Positions 20,283 through 34,384 of a stretch of 64,000 bases of DNA are shown here, piece by piece. Each line of letters begins with the position of its first letter. Position 1 is the stretch's first letter. Origin of the DNA: Anthoceros angustus (lineage: Eukaryota; Plantae; Anthocerotophyta). The notes under the pieces are model-generated. The model was not told the DNA's origin, ran no database searches, and saw only the letters and a list, made by a program, of their open reading frames with translations. The position numbers were made by a program, and so were the translations under genes. The DNA lies in assembly GCA_010909165.1 (NCBI GenBank), contig MU008182.1:868001-932000 (forward strand), in the 5' to 3' direction.

Positions 20283-22285
20283 TGTGAAGTAAACCTTCAT
20301 GATCAAAGAAACTAATTCAAAGAAGATATTATAATAAATTAATTGATTGATTACATATTAAGTGAGTGTTCTTTTTTTATTTAAGAGAATGCCTTTTCTA
20401 TAAGACGTCACGGTTCACCATAGGGTGTGAACCCTAACTATGATTAATTAATGGTTAAATTAACTCTATTCACACACCCCCTTGATCTAGGAAGGGTGAC
20501 CACTGAAGGTATTGGAGCTAAGCCCAACATCTTGCAATGTTAACAATGCTCAAGGGTAGTGCGTGCCACAGGCTTCGTAAGCCTATCTACACCTTGTTCT
20601 GACGTCGGGACTTATGATAGGAGTAGCTGTTGAGATTCCACCTTCTCCGGCGAATAATGGTAGCGCAATTCAATATTCTCTTAGCGATCATGAAATTGCA
20701 TATCATGAGAAAGTGAGATAGCAGCTTGATTATCACATTTTATCTCAAAAGGCTCGGAGTGAGGGTAACCAAGATCTTGTAGAAGCTGAACAATCCAAGC
20801 GGCTTCTTTGGCATCAACAGTAGCAGCAGTATACTCGGCTTCTGCTGAGCTTAAAGCAAAACAAGCTTGCTTCTTGCTCTTCCAACTATCAGGACCGCCA
20901 GCAAGAGTGAAGACATGCCATGATGTCGATTTTCTGGAGTCCGGATCATCAGCCCAATCTGAGTCTATCCATCCTAAGAGCTTGTCTTGAACACCCTCAC
21001 CACCAGTGTATGTAATTCCTGTAGTCTTTGTCTTTTGAAGATATTGAAGGATGCGCTTTGCAGCCACCCAATGTGGCTTCGTAGGTGAGGCTTGAAATTG
21101 AGCAGTATGATTGCATGCACATGCAACATCATGTTTGGTATTTTGAACTAGATGTTGTATACTTCCTACAATGCCTTTATAGGGCATATCTTTCATTTCT
21201 TCTATTTTCTACAAGAGTGCTTGGGGCACATAGAGGAACGTAGCCTCTCGCCAGTTTGCATGGGGGTGTCGACAGGTTTGCAATTCTGGATCTAATATTT
21301 ATCTAGCATGTCTATAGTATACCTTTCTTGATGAAGACTAATGTTATTTGTATTGATAATAACTTGTACGCAAAGTAGAAACTTGATAATGCCATTGTCA
21401 ATCATGAGGAACTCCTTGCTGAGTTCACTTTTGATCAAATTGAGAAAGCTCATATCGTTGGAACATAGGTCCATATTAGGTCTCTAGAGACCTAGTATGA
21501 GATGAGAGTTTCCCTGTCTTCTTATGAAGACGCTAGAATCTGCATTAGACTTGATGAAACCCTTGCTTAAGAGAAAGATTTGCAATCTCTCATACCATCC
21601 ATGAGGTGACCGTTTTAACCCATATAAGGTCTTGTGGAGTTTGCATACTTTCTGGGCTTCACCAGGTTTGATATAGCCTTTCGGTTGTTGTAGAAAGATT
21701 TCTTCTCAAAGAATGCCATTCAGAAAGGCAGTTTGCACATCCATTTGATGCACATGTAGGTTGTGGATGGCAGAGATAGCAAGCATGATCCGCAAAGAAG
21801 TCAGCTTGACAACGGGGCTGTAAGTGCTTTCCTTTTGATAATCTAAGCCATCCTTTTGGGCAAAACCACGTGCGACAAGTCTGACTTTATACTTGGAAAG
21901 GCTACCATCAGCGTTTTATTTCTTCTTTAGTGGGTACCCATTTGCTGGTCACAATGCTTCTCCCAGGAGGAGGGTCTACGAGAGTTGAAGTTTCATTAGC
22001 AATAAGAGATTTGAGCTCTCGATCCATAGCTACTCGCCACTCCGTGCCTTCTTCATCGTTAAGGGGCTCTCGAATAGCACGAGGATCACTGATGATGGAG
22101 ACCGAGTTGGCTACTAGTCCACATGAGAATTCAAGGTCATCAAAACGTGTACCTGGTACTCCTCTAGTTGCTCTTGTTGATCGTCTCAAACATGGACCAT
22201 TTTGTGCTGCAAGTGGAGGTGTTAGAGGCAAGTCCTCAAGAGTTTGTGCAGCTAGATATCTCAGGATGATAGCTGAACATGACTA
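20283..22285 (-). mobile_element. 5'-truncated Ty1/copia element (copia C): 3' LTR 20283-20474, PPT, RNase H and RT remnants
   Basis: 192-bp segment bounded by TGTGAA..TTCACA, with adjacent purine tract (cacccccttg on +). RNase H DSDWADD..RKSTS..W.SKKQ..ALSSAEAEY; RT start LVDPPPGRSIVTSKWV. Confidence 0.85.
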
Positions 22286-22289
22286 GGTA

Positions 22290-23160
22290 GTGCGTGTACC
22301 CCTAAAAGGGTTGTACAAAACACATGCTTATCATGAGGTAGGCCCATGGTCAGGATATCCACTCCCATGTGCTCGGTGGGGCAGTAATGAAGTCGGATCT
22401 TCCCCTCTACGCTTTTCTCACAAACATAGTGGTATTGGAGATCGATATGCTTGGATCAGGAACTAAACTTCGGGTTGCCGGCAAGAGTGAGAGCGGATTG
22501 GTTATCAATCTTGATAATCACAGGCTTCTGCTGCATCATACCAAGTTCATCAAGGAGTCTGATGCGATCCACTACGCGCTTAGTGGCAAGCATTGCAGCC
22601 ATGTACTCGAATTCGGTAGAAGAGAGTGCGATGGCGGTCTGCCACTTGGATCCCCAATCGATAGCGGTATCGCAAAGCATCAAGGCAAATCCTAACGTGG
22701 ATTTCTTGGAGTCCACATCTCCCCCACAATCAGCATCTGTGTAGGCTGAAAGTTGGAGAAAGGAGGCAGAAGCAACATTACCGGCGGATGGGCCATTGTG
22801 CTGGAGCCCGTATGCCATAGTGCCCTTGAGGTAGCCCAAAGTGCGCTTAGGGCCAACCAATGTGCGGGCCCGGGGTTAGCCATCTGTTGAGCAAGCACAT
22901 GAATGGCATGTCCGATATCAGGACGCATGGTTGTGCAGATCCAGTTGATCCGCCCAACTGCTTCTTGATAGGGAATTGTCCCCATATACTTACGCTCCTC
23001 ATCGGTCTGCTTGTCGGTTGATCCGCCCAACTGCTTCTTGATAGGGAATTGTCCCCATATACTTGCGCTCCTCAGCCAGTGCACTTGTCGGTTGATCCAG
23101 CTTCTTGATAGGGAATTGTCCCCATATACTTGCGCTCCTCATCGGTCTGTTTGTCGAGCC
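22290..23160 (-). mobile_element. Ty1/copia RT-RNase H fragment (copia D) with a ~73-bp internal triplication
   Basis: YTDADCGGDVDSKKSTLG, ALSSTEFEY, IPYQEAVG..TMRPDI. The unit repeats at about 22944, 23017 and 23091. Confidence 0.8.
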
Positions 23161-23540
23161 ATATCTCCTCCCAAAGAATCCGATTGACTTCATTGCTGAA
23201 GCCATTTGGATGCCCTTCATCCTTCCTCTCGGCCCAGCCTAGCAACAAGGCCACCTGCACTACGCCATCGATGCTTGAAAGTTTTTGAACCGGAACGAGC
23301 CGGCCAGGTCATGCGGGCGGGGACTAGATGCATCTACATCCACCCCTCATCAATGAACCCAAGGATCTGCAAGATAGCAAGTGGATTGGCATCCTACTGG
23401 ACAGCCCAAAACGAGATGATAGCAGCTGCACCTTCGGCTTATTATAGATTTTTTATTTCACGGAAAATAATGATCACCAATAAAAAAATTAGAAAAAATT
23501 AAAAATATCTTTATTTATGTCAAAAAGTGTAGGCCCCTAC

Positions 23541-24140
23541 AATAACGGCACTGGTAAAATAAGGTAGAAAGGTGAAAAGTTGAAAAAAGTAAAAAGCTAA
23601 GTTAGTAGCTGCCCTGTTAAGAAGATGCATGTGTTGCATGCTTCATGCAATCTCTTGTTAGAGAGGAATTGCTACAGCCACAAATGAAGAGCTGCCTAGA
23701 GAGGACTCTTAGTGATTAGTGGTCCGTAAGAATCCCTAGATTTAATGCCTAGTTAAGGTCATGCGGGATATATAAGGGCTAGAGCAAGGGCTTTGAGGAA
23801 CAAGTTACAAGTGGGACTCACTCTTTGAGAGAGCGAGGCAAGTGTCTTGCAAGCCTGTGTTGAGAGGCTGTGGAGAGCTAGCTAGTGAGCTTGTCATGGA
23901 ATCAAGGGCGTGTGAGTTGGGCGTAGATAGCCGATTCCATCGTTGTATTCTTGCAATAAAGAGCAAGACCTCGAGGAGGTGGCTGCGTCGTCGATGGACG
24001 GGCTACTTGGAGCCTAGTCGTGTTGTGAGGTTGAGGCGTTGAGAATCGTGCAAGTCTCTTGTGGAGTGAATTGGCGAGGTCCTAGACTGGGAAGCCAAGA
24101 CTTGTCGCTTCCTTCTTGGGCTGCGGTGAGGGGTGTTACT
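23541..24140 (+). repeat. Gypsy 5' LTR (600 bp), ends AATAAC..GTTACT
   Basis: Matches 45534-46145 and the reverse complement of 46339-46934. Confidence 0.9.
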
Positions 24141-26923
24141 TGAGTGGTATCGGGCGTAGTCCATTCCTCCGAGTGACTAGAGAGTGCACAAGATGGTCAA
24201 TGAGAAGCGTAAGGAGAGGTCAAGAAGCGCAGCCTCCGCCGATCATCCGCCTCAACCGCAAGATTCATCATCGTCGAACAAGAGGAAGTGAGAGCGCAGC
24301 CCATCTGAGAGAAGTCGAGGACTGAAGAACGGATGGTGGAAGTACTTTATCAAGTTCTTCCGTGTGTCTTGGACGATGTAATGACTTCAAGGAAGAAGAC
24401 AAAGCGAGAATCCAGGCCCACACTCAACAAGGCGAAGATCGGAAGAACAACAAGAAATCTTCCGAATTGAGCATCTTCAAAGTGGCTCCAAAATCGAGCA
24501 TGAAGCTAGCCCTACCAGATAAGTATGAGGGAGAAAGAGATGCAAGTCATTGATTCTTGGATCTATTCTATTGAGACTTATCTCGCCTCATCGTGTTGAG
24601 CCGAGTACTACTTTAGTCTTGTTGGCAATTTCTTAAAGGGCTATGCTTTGTCCGGTGGCGGTTATGGTGCTAATGTTGCCCGTGTAGAGCACATACCATC
24701 ACAGACTGGGCATCCTTCAAAGAAGCCCTCAAGAAGCAGTTCCAACCTGCGAATGCTTCGCGTCTAAGTAGACAGCAGCTTGACAATATCAAGCAAACAG
24801 TACTGTACGAGATTATGTAAGTACCTTCAGTGAAGCTGTCATGCACTGCACTACCATGAGTGAAGATGACAAACTGCATCGCTTCATGGCTGGTTTGAAG
24901 GATTGGGCTGTAATTGAGTTGCATAGTCCAACTACATTGGCGAGAGGCCATTACAGCAGATGCCATCCGGATACTTTCCATTCTAGTACATCCAACTCCT
25001 CCAAGATTTCGAGGCGCTGGTGGTGGTATGCCCGGACTAGAGGAAGCTCTAGTAGTGCCGAGGAGGCTAAGGACATCGGCGGAAATGGAATTGCAAGAGG
25101 CAATTCAAGAGGAAATTTCATGAAGAAATCGAGGAGCGCAGAGGTCATGGAGCTCGAGAACAACAGTATGGGTTCTCGAAAAGGAGTATGCTACTCATGT
25201 GGAGAGCCGGGACATTATGCAAATGAATGCCCGAATGCTGAACAAACTCTCAACGTAGCAGAAGGAGATCCACACCAAGACTCGGGATTACGAGTGGCGG
25301 ATCCGAGGATCCCCAAATGACGGATCGGCCACATGTTGCGGCATGTGGTGAGTCTCAGTCTTGAGGGCACTATTCGGAGGCGGGTGGAGAGCTCATGTAC
25401 ATACATGGATGTATAAATGGAGCAGAAGCGAGGATGTTGCTTGACTTAGCAGCAACACATAATTTCATTTCTCCTAGCAAGGCAAGCAAGCTTGGTTTGA
25501 CATGGGCTAGTACATCTGAGCCATGTAGAGTGAAACAAGCTAAAGGAATGCTGCAACACAAAGGTGAATTGCAAGAAGTGCCGTTGCAGATAGGGAATTG
25601 GAATGGAGCAGTGAGCTTCACAGTTGTAGATATGGATGATCATGAAATCATCTTGGGCTTAGAATGGATGAAGGCCAACAAGGTATGTGTGAACGTGGAC
25701 TCACGCACCATACAGATCTTAGGAGATGAAGAGCACAAAGTGAGTTGTGCAGTTCTCAAGCAGAGGCTTGGAGACAACATTGATGATATCATCTCTAAGA
25801 AAAAGCTCAAACGTTGTGTAAAGGATGGAGAGGAACTCTTTTACTTGTCTTGCAAGGACTAGAAGATGGTCTTGAGATGGAGTCTCGAGCGACCAAAGAT
25901 TCCAAGGGAAGTCGTCTTGAATGAGTTCAAGGACTTGATGCCTGATGAGTTGCCTCCTTTACCTCCTAGAAGAATTGTAGATCATGAGATTGATCTCAAG
26001 CCAGGAAGTACACCGCCTTCAAGAGCGCCATATAGATTATCGCAGGATGAGCTACAAGAGCTGAAGAGACAGATGTCTAACCTGCTAGCCAAGGGCTATG
26101 TGAGAATCTCAAAGTCCCCATTTGGTGCGCCAGTGTTGTTCACGCGCAAGAAGAATGGAGGATTGAGATTATGCTTGGATTACAGAGCACTCAATCAGAT
26201 AACAATGAAGAATTCTTATCCTTTGCCAAGGATGGATGACTTGTTTGACAGATTGAGAGGTGCTAAGTATTTCACCAAAATTTGGATCTAATGGCGAGCT
26301 ATTACAGTTCGCATCGCAGAAGGACATGAATACAAGACTGCTTGTCGAACAAGGTATGGATCTTTTGAGTTCCTGGTCATGCCATTTGGACTCACTAATG
26401 CACCAGCCACGTTGCAGACTCTCATGAATACTATATTCAGAGTTCTGTTGGACGAGTGTGTTGTGATCTACTTCGATGACATTTACAGAGTTGGCTGCCG
26501 CCAACGAATGTGCACAAGGTGCGTATGTTTTTGGGATTGGCAGTTTGAGGTGCTTTGCGGAAGCGTTTGATCAAAGTTTAGTGCTTTACTAATTGATACA
26601 ATTGATTACAAGAGGTGGGCTTTTATAGCCTGTGTCTGAAGAGTTGTACCTCTTCGGTACTAGATACCAAAGGGTATGACCACGCTGGGTTTAGCTAAGG
26701 TAACCATAACCAACGCGGTCTATACTTCTAACTCTCTCTCTCAGACTAGTTGGGTTATCTAAATCAAAGAACTAATAATTACTTGCCGTTGGAGTATTGT
26801 ATAAGTACTACGGTCTTCAACTAAACTCAACTCACCGATCGTCACCGGTCGCAAGTAAGATTGAAGCAAGCGGTCAACAATAGCTGTCAACTTCAAGTAA
26901 CTGAACGTTCTGAGATAAGATAC

Positions 26924-29900
26924 TGTAAACGTTCTGGATAGAACGGAGACGGCGAGAGCATAAACAAAAATGATTGAATTGATTAATAACAAAAGGGTCT
27001 CGGTGTTTTTATATCTAAACCTAATTTACGAACAGTCACTTATATCAAACGGACACTACCATTAATTAACTTAAGCGAGTATAGATTAACTAATATATAT
27101 CCATATATCCTAACACTCCCTCTTAAGCATAACGAGCTTAAGATCGAGCTCTCTCACATCCTACCTGTCCACTGATTCTCTTATGTCTGTGGGTCGTACA
27201 GAAAGTGAAGGCTTGGCGGCGATGGAGGCTGGCGAGCACTTCATCTATCAATGAGAACATAACTCACCTATAAGAGAGCACAGGCTCCCACCCCCTCCCC
27301 ACCACCAGATACGTATTATGCAGTCTGCTACTTGTTGTTGAACATGTAACCTGTCAGGTCACATAAGCCAAGCCCTTCCATGTGCTGATAGTGTTTTGTC
27401 TTGACAGGGCCTTGGTGAGCACGTCAGCTGTGTTTTCGTCGGTGTGGACATAATCAACCTTCACAACAGCACGCTCCACCACATCTCGGATGTAGTGATG
27501 CTGTATCTCTATGTGTTTTGTTCGGGCGTGAAACCTGGGGTTAGCAACGAGAGCCAGAGCAGACATATTGTCGCATAACAATGGTGTTGGTTTCAGCTGC
27601 TGCTGGCCCAAGTCTGTAAGGAAAGTCCTTTCCCACTCTGCCTCTTTGGATGCATCTGTCAAACTCTTGTACTCGGCTTCTGTAGATGATAGGGCAATGG
27701 AGGACTGCTTTTTGCAGCTCCAATTGATGGCTGCGTTGGCTAGAAGAAAACAGTATGTGGAGAGGCTTTTCCTACTATCACTGTCAGACGCCCAATCGGC
27801 ATCTGTAAACCCCCTTAAGGTAAGCTGATTTTGTCCACTGCCTTTATAGCAAAGTCCGTAACATTGAGTGCCTTTGAGATAGCGAAAAACTCGTTTGGCA
27901 GTACCCAGTGTGCACGGCCAGGGTTCTCTAAGAACTGTGAGAGTGTGCTCACAGAATACTGTATGTCGGGACGTGTCCAGTTTCCTACAAACAAGAGGCT
28001 GCCAATCGCATGTCGATATGGTACGGTAACCATCTCTCGTTTGTCTGCTTCTGACTGAGGGCATTGTAAACTTGTGAGCTTTACTCCTATGGCTGCGGGC
28101 GTAGTTGCAGGTCGTGCTTGGTCCAGCTTGAACTTTATCAAGATGTCCTGGATGTATTGGTATTGATGTATCATCAAGAGCCCTTCAGACCTCACTCGCA
28201 GCAGTTGGATGCCTAAACAGAATTTAAGTTCTCCGATATCCTTCATGTCATACTTGCTGCTTAACATTTGTTTCACTTCTTCTAATAGCCGATTCTGCGA
28301 CGGATGACATCATCAACATAGAGGCGAGCACAACATAATCTACGCCTCGTGAGCTCAGAACGTTGGCTGTCACCGCACTTTGCTTAAAGGACCGCTAAGG
28401 AGGTAGACATGAATATTCGTACCACACTCGGCCACTTTGCTTGGACCATAGATGGTCTTCAGCAACTTGCACACTTTTGTGGGTGCTTTGTCTTCGTATC
28501 CTTGGGTTGCGTCATATATAGGTCTTCGCCTAAGGCTCCATAAAGGTAAGCCGTGCTTACATCCATCCGATATAATTCAGTTATGCTCTGCCTAAGGCTA
28601 AGATCATTCTAATTGATTGTGATTTCACCACAGGGAGAAGGTCTCTTGATAGTCAAGTCCCTCAACTTGTGTGAAACCCCTAGCTACAAGTCTTGCCTTG
28701 TATCTGGCTATCTCTCCTTTATCATTGAGCTTTAGCTTGAATACCCATTTGCACGAAATGGGTTTCCTGTCAGGTGGCAAGTCTACCAATTTCCAGGTAT
28801 GATTCTTGACAAGGCTGTTGAACTCGTCATCAACTGCAAATTTCCATTTATCCTTTTCATGACTAGAGAAAGCTTCTTTCAAGGACTTGGGTTCTAAGTC
28901 AATCGTGGTTGATGCAGCATGGACAGCCTCTGCTATTGATGTTCGAAAATCGATGGATTGGTATCTGGGTTCTTTCCACTCTTCAGGAGGTGGCCTGTGA
29001 CTGCTGGAACGTCTGGGAGCTGGATCATCCTGTGGCAGTGGGTCTGCTGCGGCTTCCGGTTCGTTTTCCACATCCAGGACGTTTAGCATGTCAGGTAGAT
29101 CTCCTTGTGCATCAGCTGCAAGTGCTGCATCATCTTGAGGAAATTGGTCTTGTAAATTATGATCCGGAAGGTTGGCTTCTTCATCAGGATCATGCAAAGT
29201 GCATTAACTGCATCACCGGTGCCTGGTCAGCAGGGTTCTGTATAGGGGCTTGTGGACCAGGTTGTGGATTCACTGGAGCAGGTGCTGGAGTCGGGCCAGC
29301 ATCATCATCCGGGAAGTCAAAGTCAGATGTTTCATGTTCCAAATCACCTCCCTCAGCAGCTGAATTGGCTCCCTCGGATTCCATGTGAGACTGAAAACCC
29401 GGGGTGACAGGCCGTGTTGACTCAATGAAGGTAACGGACCTGGCCAAAACAGCTGTTTGGGAAATAGGATTATATAATTTATAAGCCTTGGATGTTTCAC
29501 TATCGCCCAGGAAAACAAGAGCTTGTGCACGTGGACCTAACTTGCGCCGTTTCTCTTCAGGTATAAGGGCAAAGGCACGGGATCCAAAAACTCGTAAGTG
29601 CAGTAAGCTCGGTTTCCTGTTCCACATAGCTTCGAATGGCGTCTTCAAAGGGACTGAACTAGTGAAGAGGCGGTTGAGCACATAGGTAGCAGCTACAATT
29701 GCCTCTGCCCAGAACTTCTGGGGCAGGCCAGCCCAAAGGAGCATGCTGCGTGTCATGGAGAGAAGAGTCTGATTCTTGCGTTCAGCCACCCCATTCTGTT
29801 GTGGCGTGTAAGGGATGGTCAACTGCCTCTGGACGCCATGCTCATCAAGAAAGGCATCAAAGGCAGCATTCATGAACTCTGTTCCATTGTCAGTCCTTAG

Positions 29901-32900
29901 GCATTTAACAGACTGTCCTGTCTGCTTCTGTATAGTCACAAACCAGTCCTGGAACATATCCAGGGTGTCACTCTTCAACCGTAGTGGGTAGGTCCATGTA
30001 TACCTGGAAAAATCGTCTGTGATGCATAGATAGTATTGGGCACCACCCAGGGATGGCACCTGTATCTTTCCCGATATATCTGCGTGTACTAGTTCCAGGA
30101 TAGACTTTGCCCTATACGTGGCCAGATTAGGAAAAGGGTGCTGTTTCTGTTTTGCAATGATACATGCTTCACAGGGAGGAAGAGACTTAAAACAGCGAGG
30201 TAAGGGTTCCTTGTGACAGTCTGTAAGGACATATCAACCAATTTATGTTGATTTACATGACATAAGCGGGCATGCCACAGGACTGCTAATTTACTGCATC
30301 TGTGGATGTTAAGCCCGCAACATCTTGATGTGTATTAATGTCCAACCTGTACAGATCATTTTCTAGGACACCTCTGAAGACGTACAAGGACGGGTCAGAA
30401 TGTCTGAAGAACAAACAGGTGTCTTCTGCAGCTGTCATGCGGTAAATCCTCTGTTGCATTAGCTTACTAAGGGACATGAGATTCTTGGCCATTGACGGTA
30501 CATACAAAACGTCCTGCAAGGTTAAGATGGACCCATCATGAAGACTGAACTTGCAGGTACCTATCCCATGTATCTGCAAACTTGTTTTGTTCTGTTCATC
30601 ACCAAGAAGCACCTTTTCAACAGATTGATGTGTATCAAAACTGAAGAACTGGCTCTTTTCATTGCAGATGTGAGAGGTCGCGCCGGAATCCAAATACCAG
30701 CTCCCCTCCTTGTGCAGAGAACGAGCAAGGCATACAGTCAGTATCTTCACAGGTGGTCTAGTGTCACCTGACTGTTTATCCTTTGTGGTGACGTTCGCAG
30801 CGCTCTTAGTAGCACGTTGTGGTTCACCAGCCTTTTTCTTCTTGCACTCTCGAGCCCAATGACCGGCAATTCCGCACCAGTTACAATTGCCTGGTCTCTT
30901 GGAAGATGACGAGCCGCTGTAAGGTTTGACATGTACTGACAGTCGTGTTTGTTTGGGCTTGTTTTTATGCGGTCGAAAGCCTGCAGCTAACACCTTTTCT
31001 GCTTTGTTCCTAGGCACACCAGCAGAATTCAAGCGAGACTGCTCCTCTTGGTACAAAGCACCAATCACATCTTCGCATGTGATTGTACTTGCAGAACCTC
31101 CAGCAGCTCCACTTGGTTTGACAGGTCCATTCTGAGTTGTAACAAAAGCTTGGTACGACGGAGGCAGACTTGAGAGTAACCTTGCCACAGCCTGTGACTC
31201 AGGTATTTTCTCGCCAGTTAGTGAGGTAATCTGGGCCCGTAACTGACGAAATCGGCTTGTATGTGCCGAAATCTTCTCTCCCTCCTTCATCTTTAATGTA
31301 TACAACTCAGTTTGTATAGCACAAAGACTCATCATGTTTTGGCTTTTGTAAGTTCTTTCTAACTGGTCCCATATCTCATAAGCATATGTCGTGACTCCAC
31401 ATCCGCACGAGATCCACATCCGGGCCATTGATGAGGAGGCGGCGCTATGCCATTGTGTTTGTCCCATTTGGCGATGTCGTCGGTGATGGCTTGTTTGCAC
31501 TGTTGCATCGGTTGGGCTTTGGGTATGTTTTATCCACGATATTCCATACACCTCGAGCCACTAGGATAGTCTTGATGCGAACTCGCCAAAGCGGGATATC
31601 GATTCCGTTAAAGCGATCCTTTTCCTTGAGCTCAGCGGTAAAGCTTGGGTCAGTCATGATTGTATGTTTGGGATTCAGCTGTGGATTGGGTCTGATATTA
31701 AACTGACCAAACTGTTGAGCTAGTGCATCGATTTGTGCCGTGGACATGCGGATGTAATAACACCGAAAGCTACGGCTTCAAGATGATTCTGGTATACCTA
31801 AACGTCCTGCAACATTCATGTTAGCTCATGCATCACGTTTTGACATCAAACTGACCAAGAGTGCAGGGATGATTTGCTGGGGGGGATAGCAGGAGGAGGA
31901 AAGGATAGAGACTTATCCTAGCCTTCTCTTGCTAACCTCCTCATCAAAGTCTTCCTGGTTTACTCTAACACTTGGCCAAACGTTATGCAGGTTAGTTTAG
32001 AGAGAGGAAAGTAATGACGTTTCATTTCTTGACCTAACTGTCATGTCCCGGTCTGCTGGACAGGTGCAACTCTTCTAAAGAACCTATCAGCGTGCAAGGG
32101 ACACAATCGTGAAGGGCACCAATGTTGCGGCGATTGAGATCTGATGGCCTCCGGTCTTTGGTGCGGCGCTCCCTTTGTGTTGTGCGTGAAATTTCAGTTT
32201 GCGAGCCATCACCGAGGATGTAATTGGTAGGCTGAATTCTACCTCATCTTGGGTTTGCACAATGTTCCCTCGTGTTGCAATGTGCGGATCACAATTGTTG
32301 TGTGATAGAGGCCACAAGATTCTTGATTATCTGTAGCTTCGCTTCGAAAACCCAAGGGATTTGCTCGGTTTGTTCGTGGTTACATCTTGGATCGTCAACT
32401 CGATCTTCAGCACTTCTGGTTTGACAGTCCATTCGAGTTGTAACAAAAGCTTGGTAATGCATGAGGCGGAACTTGAGAGTAACCTTGCCACGTGACTCGG
32501 TATTTTCGCCATTAGTGAGGTAATCTGCGTACAACGAAATCGGCTTGTATGTGCGAAATCTTCTCTCCTCCTTCATCTTTAATGTATACAACTCAGTTTG
32601 TATAGCACAAAGACTCATCATGTTTTGGCTTTTGTAAGTTCTTTCTAACTGGTCCCATATCTCATAAGCATATGTCAGGGACTCCACATCTGGCACGAGA
32701 TCCACATCCAGGCCATTGATGAGGAGAGCGACAGCTATGCCATTGTGTTTGTCCCATTTGGCGATGTCGTCAGCTGATGGCTTGTTTGCACCTGTTGCAT
32801 CAGGGTTGGGCTTTGGGTATGTTTTATCCACGATATTCCATACACCTCGAGCCACTAGGATAGTCTTGATGCGAACTCGCCAAACGGGATATCGATTCCC

Positions 32901-34384
32901 GTTAAAACGATCCTTTTCCTTGAGCTCAGCGGTAAAGCTTGGGTCAGTCATGATTGTATGTTTGGGATTCGTGGATTGGGTCTGATATTAAACTGACCAA
33001 ACTGTTGAGCTAGTGCATCGATTTGTGCCGTGGACATGCAGATGTAACAGAACACCTGAAAGCTACGGCTTCAAGATGATTCTGGTATACCTAAACGTCC
33101 TGCAACATTCATGTTAGCTCATGCATCACGTTTTGACATCAACCGACCAAGAGTGCGGGGATGATTTGGGGGATAGCGGAGGAGGAAAGGATAGAGACTT
33201 ATCCTAGCCTTCTCTTGCTAACCTCCTCATCAAAGTCTTCTGGTTTACTCTAACACTTGGCCAAACGTTATGCGAGTTAGTTTAGAGAGGAAAGTAATGA
33301 CGTTTCATTTCTTGACCTAAGCTGTCATGTCACCGGATGTGCAACTCTTCTAAAGAACCTATCAACGTGCAAGGGACACAATGCGTGAAGGGCACCAACT
33401 GCAAATGATCTGTGATCCTCGATGGCCTCCGGTCTTTGGTGCGGCGCTCCTACTGTTGTGCTGAAATTTCAGGTTTGCGAGCCATCAGCCGAGGACAGAA
33501 TTGGTAGGCTGAATTCTACCTCATCTTGGGTTTGCACAATGTTCCCTCGTGTTGCAATGTGCAGATCACACAATTGTTGTGTGATAGAGGCCACAAGATT
33601 CTTGATTATCTGTAGCTTCGCTTCGAAAACCCAAGGGATTTGCTCAGCTGTTCGTGGTTCTGTCTTCAGATCGTCAACTCTGATCTTCAGCACTTCCTGG
33701 TTTGACAGCAAACGTGACAGAGTCCTCTCCACACGAGTCACAGTGGCCAAGGTCCTGTCAGCAGTGCCTTGGCTAGTTTGTGGAATTGAATTTCTGTCTA
33801 TTTGCTGATCACGCCGTGTTCCTGTGGTTCTAGTTTGGAAGAGAGACTCGACGGGGGGCAATTCACGTGCTTCGTAGCGTAGATTGTGATTCTGTCCCCT
33901 TTGTTGACAACGTGCTTTATATAATCTATCCGTGATTGGATTTTTATGTGCACTTTGAGCTCTTAATCTCCCACTAGAATGGGTTTCTGCAAAACGTCTA
34001 AGGCAAATTTCTGGGTAGTTCTGCTCGTATAGGTCTAGCACGGTATCTGATGGTACAAAGAAATTGGAGACTTGTCGTCCACGACGATCTCTCCTGTTTG
34101 TGCCTTGATTACGTGCATTCTTAGCAGACGCTCCCTGCCTAGGCATTTTGCATGGAAGTTGCTGGGATGCAGAGCATGGGCTCTGATACCATGTAAACGT
34201 TCTGGATAGAACGGAGACGGCGAGAGCATAAACAAAAATGATTGAATTGATTAATAACAAAAGGGTCTCAGGTGTTTTTATATCTAAACCTAATTTACGA
34301 ACAGTCACTTATATCAAACGGACACTACCATTAATTAACTTAAGCGAGTATAGATTAACTAATATATATCCATATATCCTAACA
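26924..34384 (-). mobile_element. Ty1/copia element B nested at the 3' end of copia A pol
   Basis: TG..CA LTRs 26924-27115 and 34192-34384 (near-identical), TSD GATAC (26919-23, 34385-89), PBS 34180-91, PPT 27116-28. Gag, CCHC, protease (WYLDSGAT), integrase 29190-30059, RT and RNase H 27354-28064. Confidence 0.93.
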
